Made by a program: the position numbers and the translations under genes | Part shown: positions 50,507-62,853 of the stretch, one piece after another | Numbering within the stretch: position 1 is the stretch's first letter | Layout: each line of letters begins with the position of its first letter | Notes under the pieces: model-generated | What the model was told of the DNA's origin: nothing | Database searches by the model: none | The model's input: only the letters and a program-made list of their open reading frames with translations | Source: Moniliella sp. 'wahieum' | Lineage: Eukaryota | Assembly (NCBI GenBank): GCA_003971905.1 | Contig: RSEE01000094.1 | Span: forward strand, 124,001 to 188,000 | DNA: 64,000 bases | Direction: 5' to 3'

Positions 50507-52025
50507 GAGGCAGCAAAGGGAAGTTGTCGCGCAAGTGTGTATCTGCAGTCTCACCTGGGTCGCGTACCTATGCCGCGTCCGGGTCATCCCAAGGGGATTG
50601 GGGGAGAGCGTGGTTGGGTCCACACGCTTAGGTATGCACGTTACCCACATTTTAGGAAGCTCTTCCGGGTATGTAATACGCGGTGGGCACTCGTGTGCAC
50701 GTCCCCTCTCCTTCGATCGCAGTGACTAGTGGTCCGGAATCGTGACACGCTCTGTCGGTTGTTGTGACGGTGGGGGCGAAATGTGGGGCCTGTGCCGCAA
50801 AAAGTGTAGTAGGTGAGAAAGCAGGACGAAGACGACGAGGCTAACACGTGGATACGACGTGTCGTGATGCTGACGAGTCATCTAATAGTCACCTTTCCTG
50901 CTGGTTGGATTTGATAAAAGCGGTGCTTGAGAGCTTGAAGCTTCCAAAGCTCCAAGGTCCATAAGGGGGAGCGCGTTAGACGTTAGATCTTAGATCTTAG
51001 ATGCGTTTAATTTGCTCACGATGCCTAGTCGGTAATCGGCAACGGTAATCGATGATCGATGACCGATGATGTCGATGATCGGATCGCCCCTTGCGTCGAT
51101 CCACCGGCAAAATAGGCAAAACAACGCACTCCCGAGAGAGCGGGAAGCGGGTAAGATCGATCTGAGATCTGCGATCGGCCGGTGAGATCGAGATGGGGTA
51201 TGGATTGCTCCCGGGGCGGCATCCGACACGCATCGCGAGCCGAAGGGTCTGCCCAGGGGGCCGAGTTGCGGTGGCGGTGTTGTGACAGACTGTGACTAGG
51301 GACTGGGGCGGATTGCGGTGCGGACGGGTGCTTGGGCGGGTGGCTGGCACCGGCAGCTCCTGTGCGCCCACTCGCCACTAGATACCGACGGCCAGTACCG
51401 CCACCCAGCACCTAGCAGCTGCTGCCCAGCGAGTAGTAACGAAGAGCATGTGGCGACGAAAGCTAGTAGTGACTTGGCGATTGGCGTGCACGGGGCGAGC
51501 GGGGAGCGCGTACCGGTTGCGGTGCGCTGCGTTGCCACGCAGCAGTGGCCCAGCGGCGCCGCTGGCGCATGTCGGCTTACGTAGGCAGCGTTGGGTTGGG
51601 GACGTGGATTGAATATTGACTCGGCGGGATGGCTAGATGGCTGGGCTGCGAGGTGAAATTGAAAGTGCAAGACGGTGGCGCAAAGCCCGCGAAAAAAGGC
51701 ATTGCAAGCGCGGTGCTGGGCTGCACCTCTCGCTCGGTCGTTCGCCGGGCCATTGCTCCTTACGGGGCTCTTTCCTTTCTCTTCTCTTCGTCCCTTCTTG
51801 TCCTTCTCTTCATCTCCGTCTCTTCGTCCCCTTTTCGTCCCTCCTTCTTTTCCCTCCCCTTCTCGTCCCGCCCGCCTCGCTGCCAGGATGCTGTGCGTAC
51901 TCCCCCCCGCCCCGCTGCCTGTCTGCTGACCCGTCTTGCCTTCAGGCGCTCCGCAGCAGCGACGCGTCCTCGCCCGCCGCCACGACAGCACCACCCTCCC
52001 CTCCCCCTTCTCCTCCCACGCCGAC

Positions 52026-55000
52026 ATGCCCCGGCTGCGACGACCCTCCCGCCGCTGCCACCACCGCCGACGCCCACCCGCCCCTCCTCCCCAACGCCTC
52101 CCCCGCCATGCTGCTCTCCCCCACCCGATGCGCCCCCAGAGCCCACATGAATGCTTCCCCACCAGCCCCCTTGCCGCCCGCCATCGTCTGCCAGCTCCCG
52201 CCACTTCACACCGTGCTTCCCCCGGAAGAGTACGTGTGCTGTCTCTGCTGCGCGAGCGCGTGCGCGTTCGCCTGTGTCGCCTGTGTTCCTCGTCATGCTG
52301 ACTAGCCCGCTTCCCAGAGTGGCCTCCGACGCGCTCCATCCCGCGCTGCCGCCGCTGGTACGGTGACCAATCTAAAACGTGGCTGCCTCCTCCCGCTCTA
52401 CCCCACCCTCGGAGGCCAACTCTATGCCATTTCACGCGAGTACGGTCTGCCATCAATTGGGGCCTCAGTGTGTATCTTGTCGACGACGGCTTTGGCTCTC
52501 TAGGGCCCTGCATCGGTGACAGTGCATGGCGCTCCATCTGGGCACCCTACTTTACCGATCCCACCCACCCTTACTCGGGCCAGAGCGCGTCCTACTCTTC
52601 TGCCTCGTTGCCGCCCGCTCTGCTCATCCACTGCCTGGGACTTGACTCTGACCCCAGCATCGCCGTGCCCCTTCCCCGTTTGCCCATTGTCGGGCGTATT
52701 GAATGGGCGGTTGAACTATGCGGGCACCCTGGTGGCCCAACTGGATTGCCGAAGCGCGCGAAGCGCGGCGGCTGCACTCGACCCCAACCTCCTTGGACTT
52801 GGCGCTCTCCAATGGCGAGACTCTCCTTTGCCCTATACCTCCTCCCATATCCGCGCACGCCGTCGCCGCTTCTGATCGTTTCTGCCGGCTGGTCCGGCCC
52901 AAAACCCTTGACACTGAGCACACCTGATATGCCCACTCGGCCTCCGCTTCCGTCAATGCCCGCCCGGATCGAGGCTCGCCGATACAGCGGAAGCGAGAGA
53001 GGACTGTCTCACCGCGCCTGGGAATGACACCTTCCCGGACCCGGCACCTAGCTCGTACGCGGAGACGCACGCCGGTCCTTGCCAGATGCAGCTGCATGCC
53101 CTGGCACGAACTGCGTCCTGGCCGGATTCCTCTCCACTCTCCACGACAGGTTCTAGACACGTCCACCCCACTCTCCGGCCGTCCCCTCGGACCCGTCTCC
53201 GTCCCTCTTCCGCTCGTCCCCTTCCCGAACCAGAAGCACTGCCAGCTTGCCCCACCGGACTGCACCCGCCTCTTCTATGCCGGTTGTCGAGCAGGGCCGG
53301 TCTGCCGCCGTCTCTGTCAGCTCAGCACCATGTCGGAGCCCTGACCAGCTCGCCACCCATCCGAGCTCTGCGGTAGCACTTCGGATCGGGAATGGTACTC
53401 ACAGCCCGAGACTGGAGTCCCATCCTCTTCACTTGCCTCAGACTCGCGTGTGAAGCGTTGGTCCTTGCCCCAAAGGAACCAGTTGTCCCGTCTTCTCCGC
53501 CAAAGGTACACCCCCAAGAAGTGGAGAGCGTTGCCGAGCCGTCGCCCAGCAAGAACGAGGTGGCATCGAGTCCGCGGTCGAGTCAAGAGAACGACGTGCC
53601 CTCCCTTCGAACAGTACCGTTCCTCGATTGCCCGGACACACGAGACATCCCAAGCGGAGAGCCAGTCTTGTCGAAGAGCACGAGATCATTCCATCGAGGC
53701 GCTCTAGCACCTTTGTCGTCTCCACCGACCCGGAACCCGCCGAGCCGTCTGACGGACCTTCGTACGTTCCTCTCGACGATTCGGAGGAGCGGGGCCTACA
53801 ACCAGTCCTGTCCCTACGCCCGCCACGAGACCCCACTGCACCCTCGCGGTCTCTTCCCCCACCACCGCCACAGTCGTCGCTTGAGGCATGCAGGAGTTGG
53901 GCTGGACGAGGACGAGTGGGCGGGGTTGGCCCTGGCCCAGCCCATTTCTGGGACTCAGATACCTGGCGCGGACAGCCAAGGCCGGGCACGGCGCCGCACG
54001 ATGGATCAAGTCTGCTCACTCAACTGCCGAACGAGGACCGTCATTCGTTGGCTTTAGCCTTGGCTCCTTTGGGTCGGCAGTTTGGACGTTGACCCCCCTC
54101 CTGGGTTGGGCCAGTGGCAGAGCGCGTAACGCATGCTAGACCCTCTACCTACGGATGAGGAGGGCACCTTGCCTCCGATTGACGATGTCGGCGATGTCTT
54201 GTCACTCTGGGTCGATTCTGCCCAGACCAAAGGCAAGACCTCCCTTCTTTCTCCCTTGCATCTGGCGGCGCCCCAGTTTGAGTCGACGCTGCATCAGGAT
54301 GATCCTGGGGAACCCCACTTCGTTGACCAGTCGGTCCTGGGCAAGAAGGAGACTACTGAGACCAAGCTGGTGACCGAATCCTGCTCCCCCCACCCATCAC
54401 CTTTCCCAGCCCGCACCCAGCTGAGCCCGTACCTGCCGAGGCAGTGGAGGCCAACGGGGCGTCCGAGCTGGGGACAGGTGCACTGTGGTTGATGCCCCGA
54501 TGCCTTTGGATCCTACTTCCGCTGCACCTCTATTTCAGAGAAGACGGCCGAAGAGGAGGAGCCAGAGAGATGCCCAACTCGTGGAGCGAATGGACTTTGC
54601 AACCGTCCCAGTCTGTGACCGAGGTGGACCAAGCCACTAAGCCAGAAATTCTGAACCGCCCGATCACCATTGAACCTACCAGTGCCCTTCCGTCGTTTGC
54701 TACGCAGACAGGGGTTGCACCGTCTGCTACATCCCACCTTCTCGGATCTGGCAACGAAGTAGGAGTCCCGGCTCCCATTGAGTCCGAATCTGCGGCGCAC
54801 CGTATGTCTTCTTCTGTGGTTCGCAGCGAGTCAATCACCACGGATCTGAGTAGTAGTGGCAGGGGACCCCTTGAGCACGATTGAGAAGGCACTGCAACTC
54901 CTCGCCCCGCCGTGTGGACAGGGACGTTCCTCCCACCTTCGCCCAAACAGATTTGGCGGCTCTGATGGGCTCGAGCAGCTCACACCAGATCTCGTCAAGT

Positions 55001-58000
55001 GCCTTGGACCGACCCACTCCCATGCGCAAGACGTCTCTGGGCCCCGAACGCACTTCGACTTCCTTTTCGGACATTATGTCTCACCCCCCGAGCTCGCTCT
55101 GTTGCCGGCCCAAGCGTTTCGTTCTCGACGTCCTTCCCTCTGCGCTCCACTGAACGCACCTCTTCGTCCGCCTTGGCCGCTTCTACCTCTTCGCCTACGA
55201 TGCGTCGTTGGGGTCTTCTCCCCGCACAGCTAGCCCAGCTAGTCCAGCCCGAGAGAGCCTACCCGTCGGATTCGGAGCAGGTCGGGGAGGAAGGTCTGGC
55301 AAGTTCCCAGCGAAGCCAACCAATGCTTCTTGGCCAATCACCCCAGGCGCGCTCAAGCACCCAACTTACCATGCCCCTTTCGACCCCCCAACCTCTCTCA
55401 TTCGCGATACGTTTCGCTGGAAGTGCCAATCTCTCATGCTGCCACGGACACGGAGGATGACTTCCACTCGGCCCGGGGGTCTCTGGACCATTCGGTTCGG
55501 AGCCAATTGTCCCCGGCGCCTCACTCGCCGCCATTGGGCCACCCGAGCCTCCAGAACGAGGAGTTGGTGCGTAGCCTGTCCTGGACCAGGGTCACTCCGC
55601 CACCCCTTCTACCCCTGCGGCCCGGGACTGGATCAAACCCGGTTGGAGCGCCCCACAAGCTCTCATTCGGACCGAGGTCCCATTCGCGATGCCAGCCAAT
55701 TGGATCCAACGCAAACCCCGACCCAAGTGCCCGAATCGATCACCTCCATTGCGTTGCCAGGTCATGCTCGCCCGTTGCCATGCGATGATTTGGACCCTGA
55801 CCTTCTCAACGGATGGCGTGCATGTGCCCGCTCTGTCCTGGGAACCGATGTCAGACCAGGAGACGGATGCTGACAATGGCGACGTGACCAATGCCACAAC
55901 CCTTCCTCCCTCGTCCTTTGAGCACAGCGTCAAGATGGATGATACCGACTTCAATCCGTCCCAGCCCATTCCGTCGCTCTTCTCTCACCCTAATGAACCG
56001 GTCTTTGAGGACAAGGAAGAAACAACTCCCCTTGCCCGGGTAGCTAAGGATCAACCTCCCGTGAATGGCAAGCAAGAGGCCACCTCATGTGCTCCCTTGG
56101 TTACCTTTCCGGCTCCGGAGTCCCAGAGTTGGTCGGGGATGCAGGGTTCAGAACGACAGGATGCGTTTGATTCCCAGACCGACTCGGGCTGCAACCCTTC
56201 CCCCCCCCTGAGGTGCAAGACCCTTCGATCAAGCCCCCTTCCTTGGGGGATGGGCCGCCCCCCATCCTCATTTCTCAACCACCTCGGCCAGCTCCGACAC
56301 GGGTAAGACTGGACCGAACCCGGTCACCCACCTCTCCTCTCGGTTCTCCGCCAGCTCTTCCGAAGAATCGTATGGGCCATTCCGGGCTACGCGGGCGGCG
56401 CATCCGGGTTGGGTTGAGGATATGTCGTCCCCCCCACTTTTGGTCAGTACCCGCCACAACGAGCCAGCCAGCCGTCTGGATCGATTGCGGCGCTGCTGTC
56501 CAACTACCAGCGCATGTCTGCTCGCCCTCACCCCCCCTCGAACCGGCTGGGCAACTTTCTGGAGGACGATCCCGACCCGTTCCGTCCCTCGGGCCCGGTC
56601 GTAGCCCAGAGCAGCGTGGCGAATCAAGAATCGGGGGTGATGCCCCTCTTTTCTGGCGCACCTGGCTTCCCTCCCATCCTGCCGTACACGTCCAATTCCG
56701 CTCGCCGTACTCCCTACCGAGCTCAGCTATGGTCCCAACGGGGATGTACCAGCCAGGCTACTTGGTTGGCCGGACCGAGCCAATGACGGCGACCCCTCTG
56801 ATTGCGCAGAGCATTGAGGAAGTGGACGAACCGGCACTCTCGGCCCCGTCGTCGAGCTATTCACTTGTATCCGACGCGACTAAGGAGGGTGAGGAGGCGC
56901 ACCGGACGCACACAGTTCTTCGCAGGACTGTACCCGTCCTCATCTACAGTGGAGGTTAACCTCGAGTCGTCCCCGTCGAGTGGCCTGCTTCATGACGAGG
57001 AACCACTCAGGTTGCCTGCCACCTCAGTCCCGCAAGCTGGTCAACGGACGCACGAGGCAACGGTCGAACAACCCAATCACAGTTTGCACCCGCTCTCTCC
57101 TGTCGCGCCGGATCCAGAACAGAGAGAGTCGTCCTCACCCAGCAGCTGGGGAGCGAGTCGAGCCAAGTGCCCCCCCCCCTGTCCAATGACCGTCCGAGCT
57201 TGGAGGACGAGACAGCCACGGAGCCAGTTGGTGAGCGGCGCAGTTCACGCCCCGGCTCCTGGAGCGACTCGCTCGACACTTCAGGCATGCCTTCGATGCA
57301 GGCCTTGCTAGACGGTACCATCGCCGATCTGAGCCGTGGCAACACGCCCATCGCGCCCCAAGATGGATATCGTTCCGTTGAAGCGCGGGAGAGGGAGACC
57401 AAAGGGGAAAGGCTTTCTGGGGCACACTCGTTGGCGGAAACGAATGCGGCTGTGGGGGCGCGCTCCTCGCTCGAACCGGCGACGGGGGGGACAGAGGCTC
57501 GGCATCGCAACTGAATCGGTGGATACGTCATTGACTCCAACACATGCCTACCCGCGCTGGCGCCACAAGCGTCTTCGATGGATCGTCGGCTGCCCGAAGA
57601 GATCGAATCCATGTTGCCGGAAGCTCCTCAGTCTCTGTCGCCGCTCAGGAGTAAAGGGTGGGAAGGTGCCAACGAGGCCAATGACATTATTCGTCGCGGC
57701 AGCACTGCCAGCCAATGGCACCGTTCTCCTTGCACCACCTACCGCCAATCCGTCCTGACTGGCTACTCTTCCCGCCTTGGTGACGAGAGTCGGACGACGA
57801 GCCGCGCGTGGAGCCAAGACGGTTCGGAGTTTCTCTACTCGGAACGGAGTGAGCGCGCCCGATCCACCTTCTCCCAACGCGATTCCTCTGTGCCCAGCTG
57901 GCCAGGCATTGAGATTGAACCGGCCCAGTCCAGTCCCGAGGACCGAGCTGAGCTCGCGTATCTGGGGCCTGCTTCTACCCATACTCGATCCGCTCGCCCT

Positions 58001-59151
58001 CCCCCGTATCGGCGGGCCCCCAGCCGATATTGGGGTTGGGACTTGGCTTGACGCTGGGTCAACCGTCGGCTCGGTCCAACCGGCCCCCACCACTGCGGCT
58101 ACGCAAGGGGGGGAGTGTATCGCCTGCTACCCAGACGGCTCCGTTGCCAGTGAGAGAAGGCGACCAGACATTTGAGATCACTCCCTTTAGTACCTTGTCC
58201 CTTCACAGCGACGACGACATTGAGTGTCGTCTAGACGATATGCTGTCGCTCACGGAAGACTTGCGGATGGCCAGCACGACATTTCCGTTTCTTCCCCCCC
58301 GTTTGACGGGGCTCAGAGGCCATCCTCGCCTGCTCGGACCACGGCGTTACCTTGCTCGGTATCCAACACGACGGTCACACCCTCTGCCTCTACCCACACC
58401 ATCTTGCCCCTGCGGTCCTACGCCCCGCAAGGCAACGGGCCCGAATCTGCCAAGATGACCCCCGTCTCCTCGTCGCAAAGCCAATCCCACCCGCCCCTGT
58501 CGGACTCGGGAACGGAGCAGGAGTTGGACGCCATTTCTCGCTCAGGGCATGAAGCCCCGCTGGGGAAAGATGCACCTTTGCCACCCTCGCCGCTACCTCC
58601 CTGGGAGATCTCGTCGTTTACCCCCCCCCCTCCCGGGTGGGTTCCTCCGCCGCCCCCACCTGGCTGGCAGGCGGGGATGCGCTCCCGCCCCTCCTCCTGG
58701 CTGGCCTCCGCTCGGTCCTACCCCGTTCGAGTCGCTTTCCACTTCGCCTGCCACGCCTGGCTCGACAGGGAGCGCGCCCAGCCCATCGCAAACCACGACG
58801 GAGGGTGCACGGCCCATCCTTTGCCCTCGCCCGGCCGTCAGTCAAGGTCCGTTGGGAGAAGGGCGATCGAGTGGGTCAAAGTCGCTACGAGGCCCGACGG
58901 GCAAAGTGCACTCGCCTTCGCGCGCTCGCCGCGTGTTAGCGGCCGCCATCCCGATCCGACTCAGTTCGTCCAGCTCTTCGGTGGCTAGTCCTCCTGCTTC
59001 TCGCTTCAGCGACGTGCCCCCCACCCCTCACTCGGCCTTGCCCACCAGTCCCCATTTGCGCAACACCCAAACGTTGGTTCATCGCCTGGCTAATGTCACT
59101 GCTTCCCCCGACGCCCGTCCTCCCTTTGCTCCACTTGGAACGAACGCCTAA
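52026..59151 (+). CDS. Very large (~2,200+ aa if stitched) Ser/Pro-rich protein with a small globular N-terminal segment
   Basis: A continuous chain of plus-strand ORFs spans 7 kb. The N-terminal ordered block reads RGCLLPLYPTLGGQLYAISREYGLPSIG..SVYLVDDG..GPCIGDSAWRSIW..LPIVGRIEW, and the chain ends LGTNA-stop. It could be more than one gene. Confidence 0.55.
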
Positions 59152-59386
59152 GTTTTGCGCTTGCGCAGTGCCCAAATCCTTCTCTCCACCCGCACCCATG
59201 TACTCCTCTCTTTGTTTCTATCGCACTTTGTCTCTACCGATCCGAAACCGTCCCTGTAGTGCCAAGTAGGACAGCGCTGCAACGCGACGTGCAGAGAGAA
59301 TCAAGACTTGTAGAGCATGGCGCCAAGGGACATCACTAGCACTCTAGACTTCAAGTGGAACCTGAGGCTTGACGCTGCACCAATTA

Positions 59387-60747
59387 TGGATCACCTTGTC
59401 GATCATGTGTTTTCTCCGCTCCATAGATCAACTGTTGGTCGAGGCGGTGATTCAAGGGTCACTTGATCCTCCCGCTCATCTCGCCTGTGGCATCGCCCAC
59501 GCCACCTTCTGCACCACCTTCTCCCCAACTGTCTGAACAGATCCCCCCTCGTCCTACCGTCCGGGTCAACTCTGCCGTCGCCTGCGTTTAACAAACCCAC
59601 TCTCTGGTCCCTCTTCTCCTTTCCACTGTCCGACTCTGCCACTGCCCGCCCACCCACTCCTCATTCCCCACTCTCCCCCTTTCCTTTCAGGCAACCGTGT
59701 CATCTTGGCGATCAGAGCGGCAGCCGACCAAGGCGCGACCTTCTTGCGGGTGGTATGCAGCACGTTCTTCCTATGTCGAGAGTGGGAAGGAACGGACTGA
59801 TGCATGGTGGCTGGCGAAAGGAGGGCAGGGCTTCGTCCCCGAGCTGGTCAAGTCGACGTAGGAGGAACAGGTGCCTGCAGTCCGACTGTATCGTCAATGA
59901 GAAGGTATACGAGTATGCACTTGAGACTGCCAGGGGCGGCACGTTGGTCTGGATGCTGGTGTGCTGGCGTGCCGGTTCATGGCAGGACCTTGCTTCCTGT
60001 GGTCTGGGGATCCTGCCAGGACCACAACAAAGGCAAAGAAGAAGATGTGACTCTTCCCCCCGTCTCATTCGCCGCGCATCGAGGTGGACCGACGTCTGTT
60101 GGTGAGTGCCTCACTGCCCCCTACTGAGGACCCGACCATATACCGGACGTGGTCATTGCGGGTACGTGCCTTGTGCTTGGCGCTTGGCGCTTGGCGCTTG
60201 GCGCTTGCGCTTGCGTTTACGTTTGCTTCCCGTCCATCTTCTTCATATTAATCATCTCCCTTTGCCATGCCTAGCCGATGCGATCGTCATCAGGGACAAG
60301 GAAATCCATGAGAAGCCGTTGGACCGGAACGATGCACTACGGAGGATATGCTGATGGACTTGAACGATGGGTCGTATGAGGGGGTGACGGGAATGCGGTT
60401 GTCAACCCCATCCCTGTCAGTCCTGAATTCCATGTCAAGTACGTTAGGAGCTTCAAGGTTGGATGGTCGAGGGAGCTTGCTTTGCTACTTACAGACAACG
60501 AACGAACCCATTCACATGAGCATGGCCGAAAAGGCCAAATTCACCTTTGCTTGCGACCCGTCGGAGCACCTGTTGGCCTATGCCACCTCGGGAAGGAATG
60601 GACAAGGCGGCGCCTTCTCCTCCAAATCCCTGGTGCGCTCTTCATTTCGACCCTCGAGGGCAACTATAGTAACGTGGTGGGATTTCCTTCCATGCCTTCT
60701 TCCGCTTCCTTCACGACTTGTTGGAGAACGATAAGATTGAGCTCTAG
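59387..60747 (+). CDS. Maf-family nucleotide pyrophosphatase (Yor111w/ASMTL-N-like), heavily disrupted, possible pseudogene; intron 60102-60274
   Basis: Across frames: LPSPAFNK, NRVILA..SGS..RRDLL, GFVPELVKST*EE, VYEYALETA, ADAIVIRDKEIHEKP..LMDLN..GVTG, LEGNYSNVVGFP, HAFFRFLHDLLENDKIEL-stop. The start is uncertain. Confidence 0.78.
60175..60215. repeat. (GCTTGGC)4 heptamer repeat inside the Maf intron
   Basis: gcttggcgcttggcgcttggcgcttggcgcttgcgcttgcg. Confidence 0.9.
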
Positions 60748-60907
60748 GATTTCAGTCTCCCCTACGGGCTCGTTCGTTCTCCTAGTCGCTTGGTGCTATG
60801 CTGTCACCTCCTCATGGCTACCCCCCACTTCTTGAATCTCTATCATGCATCCCACGAACGGAACGACCGTGTGCTTCGCAAAAGAGCAGTCCTGGTGACC
60901 GACAGGC

Positions 60908-61791
60908 TTACCGGAACGGATTCGCCGCCGCTGGAGGCGGAGCCGGCTTCGAGTCGAAGTCGAATCGCCTTGACTGAGACGGGCCTTGTTCTGCTTGCTC
61001 TGCCCCGGCACGGGGGGAAGCGCCCGAACGAGTATCAATGGTCCGTAGCGACGCAAGAATGTTTGGCACAGGCAAGTCTTCTTGGGTCCGGATGGCAACT
61101 CGTTCCTTGGCGAATTCGCGCTCGGCCACCGACTTGGCAAAGTGTCCACCCATCTCTTTGGCCTCAACCAGGGCGAACCGGGTAGCCGTCTCGTGTTCGG
61201 CGCGCAAAGCATAGTACGCACCCAGTTGGCGCTGGTACGCCTCGAGGAGCGACATGTTGCCCTGCTCATGCAGGGCCAGCACGGCTTGAATTAGACTGGG
61301 AACAAGAGCAGACTGGTCAGTAGCCCGTTGAGCAGTGTGCGCCGCATTCGCAGCCCAGATCAACGCACTCTTCCACATTCGGGTTGCGGCCATAGTCACG
61401 CAAGTTGGCGCCTTTGCGGCGCGTGTCGTACTGGGCGGCGACCTGCTCGTCGGGCTCGACGAGCGTTTGGGGCCGGGCGGCTTCCCAAGGATGGTCCTTG
61501 TAGAACTGCGTACGCACCCGGTCGGCCAGGTAGCGGATGGTAGGAAGGTTGTACATGTGGTTCCTGTGCAGCTTGCGCTCGATGCCATCGGTCTTGAGGC
61601 CCTGCTCGAGGCGGCGGGTGTACTCGAGGTGGGCGGCGGTCTTGCGGGCGCGGTTGTAGGGCGGAGGCAAGGGCGGGTTCTCGAGCGTCGCGCGCGCCAG
61701 CTCGGCTCCTCCTTGACGTACCCGCCGCGCATCAGGCGCGAGACAAAGACGGGCACCTGGCCGCAATGTTGCGGCTTCCGTTGGCCGGCAT
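60908..61791 (-). CDS. RSM25: Mitochondrial small ribosomal subunit protein mS23; intron 61296-61368
   Basis: VSRLMRGG..P.W...ENPP..PTIRYLADRVRTQFYKDHPWEAARPQTLVE..GRNPNVED/LIQ..EAYQ..YYALRAEHE..AKEMGGHF. Confidence 0.85.
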
Positions 61792-62853
61792 GGGGGGAGC
61801 AGATGCGGGGCTGCGGGAGGAGGTTAGGCGGGGGGACACACTTCACTATTACTTCTGCCGAGAGCCAGAACAGCACCAGCGGACCTTCGCACCAGCCAGC
61901 CAGCAGCCCGTTCCGCCGCTCGGCTCGCCGGTCCATTCCGCCTCTGATGGCAAATGTTCACTTTCCCAGGTTAATCGAACAGCCAGGCAGGTCAGCCCAT
62001 GCGCCTTGGTAGCATCCAGCCCACGCCATCTATGCCTTCCCCAACGAAAGCAGACCGTCGGTTGACTTGCGCGTACGCACCCATTGCATGGCCGGTGTCC
62101 CCAGCCTCGAAGATGCAACCGCCAGTGCAGAAGGCAAACACCTTGTCCAGCTGGCGCAACACACCTTCCTTGCGGCGCGGCGATGCTTCAGTGCTCTCGC
62201 CACACCGCGCCCAGCGGCCGAGACGGCCTCATTAATCATTGCGCTCTCGGTGGTGTCGAGGGGAACAGATACGGCGTGTGGCTTTGTCCCCATGCCCTGC
62301 ATTCTCTCCTGCAGTGTGCCCTCACTAGTCACTGGCCCTGTACCTAGTCCGGCCTCCGATGTAGATGCCCAAGTCTGGCTCTAACCCATCACCTTCTCAG
62401 AGATGAGTCTCATCCTTCTGCCCGTCTGGCTCCCTAGGCCAACATGCGTGGGCTGGAAGCGCGGGCGTGGCTGAAGCAGCTGAGCCTCCGCCCCAAAGGC
62501 GCGAGTGTTGGGGTTGGGGCCGGGGGGCCTGAATATTGAATGAAGCTCAAACCCCAGAAGGGCCGACTTGCACGGGGGGGGCGAGCGCGCGAACCGCTGA
62601 CGGGCAGCGGTGACCGGTGAGGCTGGAGGGAGGCCGGCCTGAGACCCAGTGCCATCGTCGTGAAATGTCCCAGTTGGGTACCGCTGGGCTGGATAGTTAG
62701 AGTGGGGTCTTGGGTCTGCGGGCCCAGTGACTATGCCGGTCGTCTGTCCGCAAGCCAGTGACTTGCTCGGGGAGCGCCAGCACGCCCCCGCCTCTGCCCA
62801 GGAACCCCCTTCTCACCACCGCCAGTCCATCTTCACCGCCGCCTCCAGGCACC

